In this document: piece after piece, positions 23,901 through 35,200 of the stretch
Layout: each line of letters begins with the position of its first letter
Position numbering within the stretch: the first letter of the stretch is position 1
Origin: Priapulus caudatus
Lineage: Eukaryota
Reading direction: 5' to 3'
Assembly (NCBI RefSeq): GCF_000485595.1
Contig: NW_014577086.1
Span: 1 to 64,000 of the forward strand
DNA length: 64,000 nt
Program-made: the position numbers and the translations under genes
Notes under the pieces: generated by a model
Seen by the model: only the letters and a program-made list of their open reading frames with translations
Told to the model about the DNA's origin: nothing
The model's database searches: none

Positions 23901-26900
23901 AGGGAGGGGCGATTTTTCTTTCGTAAAAAAAAAACAAGCTTCCAAAATTTATTCGCTCTCGTAAGTTGTTTTAACAAGAGCGCTTTGAAAGCTGACGGGA
24001 GCCGAAATCGCTCAGCGCTCCCCGTAATATTACTTTTCAGCTGACTATGCATACATAACTGTAGAGCGGCAAGTCCTGGACGATCTGCAGCCCCGGATAT
24101 CGTTGCGAATGCGCGCGAAACGCCGGCAGTCGGCTGACAATACATCTTTATTCGCTGGCCCTATTTAAAAAATTTCGCGCGATGCCCTTTGGGTACAGGA
24201 TAAAGCCGTATAATGCGGTCAATTGAGGAGTTGTTGGCCGCAATTCACAAGCCTTGTCGACTATGCACGTAGGTCGAGAATAAAGACAAATGCTGGTAAT
24301 TGCTCTTTGCTGGTCGGCGCGTTTTGATTTTCCTCTGAAAAGTGAGTTTGCATTCTTCCGGTTTCACGCACGCTGAATTTATTCTCGTAGCATATGGCCG
24401 TGGCGACATAGATGGCGCGACGAGAGCCTTCGAAGGATTTTCGAAGTATTTTTCAACAAGGATCGGCGATTCAGATTAGCTGTCCGGGCGGTGGAGAGTT
24501 CCAACGACTGCACTACTATACAGCGTTTAGTGTAGCGAAAGATACTTTGGCCGATGTTTACAGGTCCGTACCAGTCTACCTCGAATTCGTGGACGTGCGA
24601 TTCCGGTGGTGTGTAAAGTTATCGTAAGCATCTAGTACCCGCCGACGTTGATTGGCTAACCCGTTGATTGATCGTTTGGTTTACACTAGAGATTTCCACT
24701 AGTTGGTTTTTAATCTGGAAAAAGCGCCTGGCTCCGTACGTGCGACGGCTTTTTATCAACACTCTTGCCCGCCGCTGGCCCGTTGGCGACGGAACGTCTG
24801 CGCGAGCAGCGTGCTTGGCCGGTGGCCGTGGCCAGCTTTTGCAAGTAGCTAATCCGTACAACGCCGCCACACTGACACACAAATATATGATGATGCACAT
24901 GTTTTTTACGAAGAGCCGGCGGAGCGCGACATCCAGCGTCCCTCCTCCCCCGCACTCACGGTGGCGGCCAGGGCACGGTCCAAATGCTATATCCAACAAC
25001 GCTGGGCTCGAGGGAGTTTTTGCGCCGCGGTGACTTTCGTAGTAAATAGGATTTGTATTTATTTAAGCATTGTTACATTTTATTGAAACGCTGAAAGCTG
25101 CATGCTTGTTGTGCCTGCTGCTGGGCAGCCATGATGCCCATGTATATTAGCAACCAATTATTAACCCGTGCGCGCGGACGCGATGCGAGAGAGAGAGGAG
25201 AGAGAGAGACAGACCGTGGGAAGTGCGAGAAAGAGAGAAAGAGAGTGGGAGAACGCCAGATAAGGTACGAAAATAACGGCAGGTGGACGACGACGGGCGA
25301 GGATGGTACAAACGGCGTAGTCAGANNNNNNNNNNNNNNNNNNNNNNNNNCATTTCCATTATTAAAAAAACTTGCTTGCGCCGAACAGGAAAGTGCAATT
25401 TCAAAGTAAGCTGCACCCCGGGGACACAGTTTCTTGTTGCCCCGGGCCATCCGGGCAAGGGCGTTTGTCGAGCCCGCAACCGCAGGGTTCGACTTTCGCG
25501 CTGAAAAATCTAGTGACAGCAGGTACCACGTCAACTTCAAGAAAGTTGGGATGACCTGCACTTATAAATTTAGGTGTGTCCAGCTTATTGTACTGACAGT
25601 GATGTACAAAAATAATAGTATAAGATAACCAATTGGAATAAAACAGCATAAGCGGCATAAAAACAAGGAGTTTAATGGAAGACAAATATGTGTCTTTAAT
25701 TAAGCTCTATGATGTTAACTTAATACGTTGAGTTGGTCAAATAATTGTTTCAATCTCTAGGAATATATCGCGGTGGAGCGTTCTGGGTAAAGTTTTTACT
25801 TTTGTTTTTTTCTTCCCACAGTCCTTATGGTACCCCCATGCATAGATCTCATCAAATGCTGCCGCGCAATCCACAAAGTTACAAGTGCACTAGAATCTTC
25901 AAGTATATACAGTTTACATTTCTGTCTAATATCTACGCTGAATACAAACAGATCCACTTTCCTAACGCTGATCAATTAGAAAACAGCTATTGATTACGTG
26001 GACGTGTCAGGTGTCACCTGGGTCGTGCCCTAACTTCCACAATAACCCCTGCGAATATATAACTTGATTGTTACGCGGGTTATAAAAACAGCATTGATTT
26101 CTTAACTAATCAGCGAGTTTTTGTTCGTGTGTGCCGCGAATCATGCGATTGAGGGAGTTCAGTGCAGCTCTAGATGTTTTGATACACCTTAAAAGCTGTT
26201 CTTACGTTGAAGGAACGGGTACGTAACGTGTCCGGCCGGCGAGGAGCGATTTTTTTCTCGGTAGCTTCCAAAATTTTTCGCTCTCGTAATGTTGTTTAAC
26301 AAGAGCGCTTTTGAAAGCTGACGGAGCAAATCGCTCGCGCCTCCCGTATATTTTTTTCGCTGCTGATGCATACATACTGTAGGCGGCAATCCTGGACGAT
26401 CTGCAGCCCGGATATCCGTGCGAAGCGCGCGAAACGCCGCGCAGCGGTGACAATACATCTTATTCGCTGCCCTATTTATAAAAATTTGCGGCAGATGCCC
26501 TTTGGTCGATGGGCCCACTTTTATAATCGGAAAGGCCCCCCTCCAAAGCCGATGTAGCCGAGCCGATGTACGTGTCCCGAAAACTGCACGATGTTAGGCT
26601 GCCCGCTATACGCATTCGCGCGCGCGCCTTCCTTCGGCGCGCGAATTCGTATAGCGGGGAGCGCGAGATGCTACATACAACACCCCGCGGTCGCGTGCGC
26701 CCAGTCCCGCGGAAGTGCGCGGCTTAACCGCTTTCGGCGGTCGGGGAACAACGCATCTTTTGCGCAACACCATCTTGTACCCGGTCTCTCTGGATTTTTG
26801 GGGGTTAAAATTTAAGGATTTTACTGCTAACTTTACTGCTAACTTCAGCCTGGACCATAATTTAAACACTAACCTTAAAAACTAATCCTAAACCCTAACC

Positions 26901-26965
26901 CTACACCGAAACCGAAACTCTAAACCGCCCCCTAAAACCAAGGTATGCCACAGGCTTTTACTTAC

Positions 26966-27133
26966 ATTTGACTGTAGAAAAGTGAGAACACCACTTCGTA
27001 GATATTTTGCTGTCCTTCTTTCCAGGCAGTTGGGAGCTGCCAATACCGCATGAAAAAAACAGTTGCCGTCATAGGAAACATTGGTCACCAGCTTGTAACC
27101 ATGAGGCTTGATTGCGGAAACAAAATCATCCAG
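26966..27133 (-). CDS. OTU domain, N-terminal exon (catalytic DGNC)
   Basis: LDDFVSAIKPHGYKLVTNVSYDGNCFFHAVLAAPNCLERRTAKYLRSGVLTFLQSN followed by a gtaagt donor. Confidence 0.8.
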
Positions 27134-27857
27134 GGGCCCGTTGTCAGAAACAAATTAGTCTTAACATTAACGTTAACATTAACTTTTTCTCTTAAAGCGT
27201 TGCCAGAAACTTCGTAAAGTTAAGAGAATTAAAAATTCTCGTAACTTTTCTCTTAACTTAAGAGATCCTAGACCCTCCCTTAACTTTAATATTAAGATGA
27301 AAATAACACATTTAGACTAAGAATTACAATTATAGTGATATTATATTTTATATTAATGAGTAATATCATGTTTTTTTCTTGAAAAGACACGTCAAAAACA
27401 TTAATTATCTACCGATCGTGAAGCAAAACAAAAGTGTCAGAACATTTACAAATGCCGTATGGCATTTGTTCTCTTGTTTTAAATACTTTTGCACTGACCA
27501 CACGACTCTCGCGTCTCGTGAGAATTGCTACAGTGTGAGAATTTGTCTTGTTGTGCAGAACCTTGGTGCAGAATAAATTCAACACCGTGTCGTTTTTCAT
27601 CAAATATTATTTATATGTGGTTAGCCATCATAATATGCATAAATTACTGTGATGTACAATAAATGTGTATGAATTTGAATTTTGTGATCGATTCCCATCC
27701 AATCAGCAGCCTTGTGATGAAGTTCCTGTTATCGAAAGTTTATACTTAAGTAAGTTTAGTTAAAGTTGGTTTCTGGCAACGCTATTAAAATTAACCTTAA
27801 CATTAACATTAGACTTAAAATTAATCGTAACTTTACGAAGTTTCTGGTAACGGGCCC
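27134..27857. mobile_element. PIF/Harbinger-like MITE
   Basis: TIR gggcccgttgtcagaaac / gtttctggtaacgggccc flanked by cag and ctg (CWG-type target); nested internal inverted repeats. Confidence 0.55.
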
Positions 27858-29014
27858 CTGGGGAAAACAGGAACTTCATCACAAGGCTGCTGATTGGATG
27901 GGAATCGATCACAAAATTCAAATTCATACACATTTATTGTACATCACAGTAATTTATGCATATTATGATGGCTAACCACATATAAATAATATTTGATGAA
28001 ATATTACGTGGTCATGAATTAATTCTGCACAACAAGACAAATTCTCACACTGTACCACGAGACGCGAGAATCGTGGCAAGCGTTGCAAACCTTTGAAACA
28101 AGAGAACAAATGCCATACGTCATTTATAAATGTATTGTTTTGTTTTATTAGCGGTAGATAATTAATGATTTTGACGTGTTTTTCAAGAAAAACACACATT
28201 TTATTNNNNNNNNNNACTCCATGCCATGTTTCTCGTAGAAGGACAACTCGAATTACTTAATTGCCAAGCCCTCATCATGCTGAGGAGGACGAGACTCTTG
28301 CACCTCTTTAGGTTCTTTGCTCAGCCTTTCCCCCTTCCACGGCCTCTCCCCTTGTCTTTTGGCGGCAGAGTTGTGTCCGTAGAAAATAATCTTGATGTTA
28401 ATCTTGATTTAAGTTGATAATGTTGATCTTAATTATCTTGATGTTAATCTTGACAGCACGGCAGAATGACTGATAATGTATAGAACGCGGCGCGGTATTA
28501 TATGATCGTTGCCAGCGCAGTCGGCGCGTGACTAGAGCGTGATTGGCGCGCAGTTGAGGCGCGGTGAGCGTTGCCTAGGCGCAGTGCAAGCGTCGTTCGA
28601 ACGCAATGCGATCTGAATGGTCGCAATAACGACGGAGTGGGCGCAGTGAAGCGTGATGCGGGCGTGGTGTTGAGCGTGGTGAAAGCTTGTTGAGCGCAAT
28701 GAGATCGGGGTAAAGACGCACTTAGATCGTAGTATCGACGTAATTAGATCGTAGTATCGGCGCTGTGCCCGACTGGGGCCCAATTGGCCACGCTCTCAAC
28801 CACGCTCACCACGCTCGGGCAAATTTTTGGAGCGTGGGACGATCGTGATGAGCGTAGCCCTGGTGTGAATGGGCCCTTACTAACATGCTAAGAACAGCGG
28901 GGTTAGGAGAATCATTTTCAATAATTAGCTTGACCGATCTTGGATACGGTATCTATTATTATTATATGCTAATACTAATACCAGGAGTATATAATAATAA
29001 ACCGCATAGTATAC

Positions 29015-29015
29015 C

Positions 29016-29063
<48 letters not shown>

Positions 29064-29132
29064 GTATATATATACATAGTGCCCTGTACATGAAGTACAC
29101 TGGTTGCAGAGCAATATATATATACACACACA

Positions 29133-29172
<40 letters not shown>

Positions 29173-29215
29173 CTATTTATATATCTATATCTACTACTTT
29201 TGCATTATATATATA
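29015..29215. repeat. (TA)n and (GCAC)n microsatellites
   Basis: Direct inspection. Confidence 0.85.
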
Positions 29216-29340
29216 TATTGCAAAAGTAGTAAGTAAACATTGCGAAATATAGTAATAAAATGCACAGAAGATAGGTGAGAATAATGTGGATGTCTTTTAG
29301 TACATCGTATATTTTTTATATCTTGTTTTTAACCATACAG

Positions 29341-29478
29341 TGTGATCCTGGTCGCGGAATACATGCCTTATATGAAGCTCTGTACAAGGATCCAGTCAAG
29401 GTGGCTGTAATTGGTGACCCCTTATCTCCGGTTAGCGAAGCCACCGGTCAAGTGATCCATTTCTGGAATGTTATTATG
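29341..29478 (+). CDS. GABA-B-like receptor exon (VFT)
   Basis: CDPGRGIHALYEALYKDPVKVAVIGDPLSPVSEATGQVIHFWNVIM. Confidence 0.9.
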
Positions 29479-32145
29479 GTGGGTTGACCACGTGCATCTC
29501 GTCAAACATTTTAGTACTGTTAGAAAATGTACAACTCCCAAACCATGAAAATGAGACTATATCAGTGATGATCGTAAGACCACTTTTATTATTGTGCAGT
29601 TGCGCACTATTGCTGGATAGCAAGAAAGCGCCTCGAGGCAGAACGAGAGAGTTTGTACCATCTTGAACCGCTAGACTGCTCTCATATTTCTCTGCCACAG
29701 TGTGCCGCCGGTGCCGCCTCGCCAAATCTGTCAAACAAGAAGAAATATCCCTGGTTCTTTCGTACTATCGGTTCGCAAAATGCTCAGAATCCAACGTACG
29801 TTGAGATCATACAGACCTACGGGTGGACTAGGGTGGCGTGCATTCACGAGTCGGTCGGACTTTTCTCTTCGGTGAGTTTGTAATGTCACATTTCATAGTT
29901 CTCTTCCCGAGTACACAGAGCTCCCGGTCGCGTGCCATTGACTGGTAATTCTCAGTCATTATGCTGAAATAAACGCGTTACCCGTATATTTATGTATATG
30001 AGATGATCAATATATAGACGTGAAACCTTGAATGCAGAGAGTATAGGATAGAACTGCAGGTTTCAACAATTTTTTTCAATATATGCACATTCTATGTTAC
30101 AGGCAATGGAGGATGTGATACCGAAGCTGGAAGCAGCTAATATTACTATCATCACTAGTGAGATATTTACAGATAATCCCGTTCAGCAGATCGCAAACAT
30201 CAAGGTAAAATAACCGTGGGGGCCCTACTGCGAATCAAAAATAATACAGCGATAGTTAAACAGCGAGGTAGATCGTGTAATTAGTGCGGCTGAATTTAAT
30301 CGGTCAGCGTGCTTCTAAAATTACAACGATTATGTAATATGGAATATGGAATATGGATTATGGAATATGGAATATGGAATCGCCGGTGATCGTTATACTG
30401 GATACTGCCGAATTATCGGAGAAAATGACGAACAAGAAGGACGGAGAGGAGTTTAGTAATCCCGGATTCTGACCCGAGCTTCGCGATTTTTTTTAGAGAC
30501 ATGACGGAAGAATTATCATTGGGTTTTTCTACGAGGACATGGCCGTCAAGGTTTTCTGCGAGGTATGATCGTCATTGAGTTCCGCTAGCCGATTCCACAT
30601 TCGATAGGAATACAAATCCGGTGGGCTGTTGTGTGAGCACCACACTAACGTCATCTCGGATTCAATCCGGGGCAGTATGATTCTGAACACCACAGATATG
30701 CTAGCTCGGATTCAATCCGGGCCGGCTGCAACGCGGGTACCATGGCTACATCAACCCGGATTACATTAATTCATAGCATTACATAGCGATTCATATAATC
30801 ATCTGGATAGTATGCTCCTTTAAGAACGAAAGCCTTTGTAAACCTGCGAAGCCTATATGGTGATGGCATTTAGCTCCATCGATTGGCTGGCATGCATGGG
30901 GTTGCATTCCATGAATGCAGCTCAGAAGCGGTGTGAACTAGGCTTTTCTGTTATCACCATGACCTCCTGCAGAACAGCCCTGCAATAGTTTGCTTCGTTT
31001 CACATTTCTTGCGAAATAATAATGCAATGCTGAGATGACTTAGAGTAATTGTACATTAACGTCATTTTGAGATGTTGAGGTACCCATTTCACGTCTCCTA
31101 TTCTCACAGTTGTACTACATTAATGCAATTTATTTCCCACTAATACACTATCTCTAACCCACAAGGCCTACAAAGCGGGAATCTACGGAGCACACTACCA
31201 GTGGTTAATTACTGGATTCTACAGCAAGAATTGGTGGCTGATAGACACACCACGACACGGATGCTTACCCGACCAGATCGCCGCGGCAGTCGTCGGAGTA
31301 TTGACGTTTGCTCCATCATGGAAGAATCCAACTCGAGTGGTCGGGATATCGGGCTTGACAACGACCGAGGTGTTTTCCGAGTACGAGCTACGTTCTCGTG
31401 GACGGCAACTCTTCGCTGGCCACCAGATCGGGCTATGCTATGATGCTGTGTGGATAGTTGCTCTGATGCTCAATCGATCGCAGCAGATCTTCGAAGAGAA
31501 AGGTGATTGCCGCAAACTGAAACAAAGCTAGCATGCACGCTAGCAGACTATTGTTAGACGTGTACTCGTTCAGCATCGATGTATCCTTTACTGTGGGCCT
31601 ATATATGCAGAGATGATAATGTCAGTGATAACGAAACAAGCAGTACTCTAACAGCGTGCGCATTTGAAGATGCAAATTTGTGGTATACAGTCATTGAACT
31701 CAGAAAGAAAAACTAAATACTAGCACCTACAGCTATATACCGTAACAACAACTATTATAGCGACGGGCACGCAGGTGCACGTACCTGAAGCCAACGGCAA
31801 TAAAGAACGTAATGTTATGATCAAGCCTAATCCCGCGTCATGATTGATTTTTCCTCTTTTAATCGTTAAGGATTTGGACGAGGATTAGAGGACTTTCACT
31901 ACAGCGACAAGGAAATGGCCCACGTCATGTTTGATGTTATGACGAAAGTTGAGGGCTGGGGAGTGCGTGGATACCTTAAATTTGACGAAAATCACGATAT
32001 CCCTGAAACAGTCCAGATTCGGCAGGTTCAAGGTTAGATATCTGGCTGATCGTTGATTGATAACTGATTTGATTGATTTCATAGCATATCGTGGAATTAA
32101 TATCATATAAAATCACATCATATCACATCACATCACATCACATCA

Positions 32146-32243
<98 letters not shown>

Positions 32244-35200
32244 TACACATTCCATATAATCGCTTTATTTGTTCACGTAATAACAACGGTGCTGGACATA
32301 TGCACATGAATGAAGCTGCAATAGAATGGTTCTGCATGTTTTATAATTTCCGCCTGTCGTCCTGTTTTATAGACGGGTTGTAATAACGAACCGTCTAATA
32401 GACAATGTCTATCATGGGATGATATTTGTTACTTATAAAAAGGGGAACACATCTGTATATTTTTATTTCCATTGTATATATAATGTGTGTTGTCAGATGT
32501 TAATTCGTAGTGTTGCGCGTAATGATTATAGTTCCCGCACACGCCCGCAACAGAGTACTAGTATATTATATACTTAAGCCCAGCGCACACGTGAGTAATT
32601 TTACTCAAATAAAATGACGCATAAGTCAAAAATTATCAAACACGTTTGATATTGAGTAAAATGACGCATGCGTCAAATTACTCAACGAAAATCCGCCGCA
32701 CACGTGAGTAAAATGACTCATGCGTCATTTTACTTGAGTAAAATTACTCACGTGTGCGCCGGGCTTTATCAGTGCTCATCGGGTTATTCTAGCTGACAGG
32801 AAATGGCGGACCGTGGGCTATTATTTGCCCCAGGTCGGTGAGACACCAGCCCGAATGAGGTGGTTGGAAGGTTCACCAATTATATGGCAAGGTAATAATA
32901 CATACATTTCAATTCATAAGCAACTCGAGGTATTTAGGAATGCGCGGAGAAAATATGCGTGCGTGCATGTACGCGTGCGTGCGTGCGCTTGTATAAATGG
33001 TGCATGCACGTGTATCCATGCGCGCGTGCGTGCGTGTGCGCGCGTGTATTTGGGTGCGTCTGTACGTGCGTGAATCTGCTCATTATCCTCAAAATGGCTG
33101 CTTTTATCCTTTGCAGTTTATGTTGACTATATTGGCAAGCAGTACAGACAGTTACACCATCAATTATTTTAGAACTGCGAGGAGATTCAAACATTACTTA
33201 CTTTTTGTTAAAATACTTAAAATATATATTATTAGGTATAAAAGCTATTACCAAATCGTTAATAAATGACAACGTATGGATTTAGCGTATTTTGACATTT
33301 TTAAAGGAGGCGGTCCCCCAAAAGATTCCGTATTGCGTATTCTGATTGTACAGAAAGTAAATCCGCTCATTTACGGCGTCATGTGCGCTCTAGCAACGAC
33401 TGGAATCCTTCTTGCCTTTCTCTTTCTGACGTGTAACGCCAAGTACAGGAAGCACAGGTATTAGCAGGCAGGCGTGTATGAAAGTGGTTAATTGTGGTAG
33501 CGTTAGAACGTTTGAAAGCTTCCAACACTTGCGTAGCAGTAAAAAACTACAGCGAAACTAGACGGCTTTGAAAAAATGATTAATTACTGACGTATTACTT
33601 AAATATTATGGCCTACATAGTTGTGGCACTGACTCCACCGGCATAATTCCACGCCATACTTGTTAAAAATGAGATGATGATCCATTTTCATGCAGTGTTA
33701 TGAAGGCATCGTCACCAACTATGAATGGCATCATATTGTTTGGTTGCATTCTGTCGTATTCGGCTATCTATTTCGAGTTTACGCATGCCGACGACCACAA
33801 AGAGATGCTCTGTAAGGTAACGTAGCGTCAATACTTGATAAATTGTCCACATAACTGTTGGATTTATAGAAATATTATATAGACAAATGTGTTTTGCGGT
33901 AAGAATGCCGGGGAAAATTTCACGTATATGTGAAAATCTCTTTTTCATTCTTTGTAGTAATGTAAATTAGGTAAATACATGACAGATATTACAAAAGCTT
34001 ATTGTCGGTTCCTTCAAAATATGATAAAATATAACTGCACTGCAACAAAGTTAGATTATGGCTACAGCTGGTAACTGGTGAATAATACCATTGAAGTAGA
34101 AACCAACAACAATTATGTTCATTCACGCGGCTCACAGCGGTTTCATGCGCAATATCGTGTGACAATGCCGCGTATTATTGCGCGAAAACTGCTGTATATC
34201 GGACAGTTTATTGTATAGCCAGTTCTATAACAAAGTATTGTATTTACAGCTGTCGATATGGACGTTGACGATAGGCTCGGGCATGGCACTTAGTTCACTC
34301 TTTCTAAAAGCATGGAGAATTTATTACGTTTTCACCAATGTGAATCTGCAGAAGCGGGTGAGAATACGTAATGCGGGAGTGGGAAGTAGGGATATATGTA
34401 TTAGAAAGGGGAACAAAGACGTGAAGCAGCTTAAATATTTAATTCACCAAACATATAAATAATGATGGGAAATTGCTGAGCGATATGAGGCCCGGTGTGT
34501 TAGCACGCAATGCTTCCCACAACAAGCGTAGGCCTAACAAGCGTAACTAACCTAACGTCTTTTTCTAAAATTTGTCGATCTTACCAGCTCAGGGAAGTTA
34601 GCTCCCAGTTTCCAGTTCCTTATTCGAATAAGGAACTAGTAACTAGGCAAAGCAGTTACCAGTTCCCAGTTCCTTATTCGAATAAGGAACTAGTAACTAG
34701 GCAAAGCAGTTACCAGTTCCCAGTTCCTTATTTGAATAAGAAACTAGTAACTAGGCAAAACAGTTACCAGTTTCCAGTTCGAAATGCAACATTGAATAAT
34801 TGAGAACTGGTAACTAGGCAAAATAGTTACTAGTTTCCTATTCGGCCAAATTAACCCTTTGGCACACATTTATTTAATCAGTTATCAGTTCGATACCCAG
34901 CTACTTATTCAGTTACCAGTTCAAATTACCAGTTCGAATAAATGTGTGCCAAAGGGTTAATTTGGCCGAATGCATAACGCTGAAGGGGTCGTTGTCGTAT
35001 CAGGTACTACAGATATGTACCCGAGGTACGGTGTACACAAGTGTACCAGACCTGTATCTTCTCAGCATATATGTACCCTGTGTTTACATAAACGTACCTG
35101 CCCCTGAGATGTGTAATATTATGGATCAACGCATGTTGTTTGTTGATATAATATTTATTGTTCTGAAGAGCCATCCTCAGACACAGCTCACACTTCCAAG

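Larger units (their letters stand above)
1226..27133 (-). pseudogene. spliced hAT transposase (ZMYM1/P52rIPK-like) with an N-terminal OTU domain; disrupted
   Basis: Minus-strand exons 27133-26966, 20911-20653, 20361-20251, 19988-18321, 18014-17769, 17242-17007, 1713-1226, all with GT-AG introns in compatible phase. Motifs: DGNCFF...RHFVAI (OTU), TTF-type zinc finger (WLKYSKEHDVVYCIVC), CDEAT, GYDGA, HCLSH, TRW, SSKCERSFS. Lesions: stop at 20834-20836; frameshifts near 19200-19330 and ~17160. Confidence 0.85.

Noticed and set aside
34600..34840. Palindromic 54-bp repeats resembling a CRISPR array
   Set aside because: Units are head-to-tail with no unique spacers, no cas genes are present, and the context is a eukaryotic intron.
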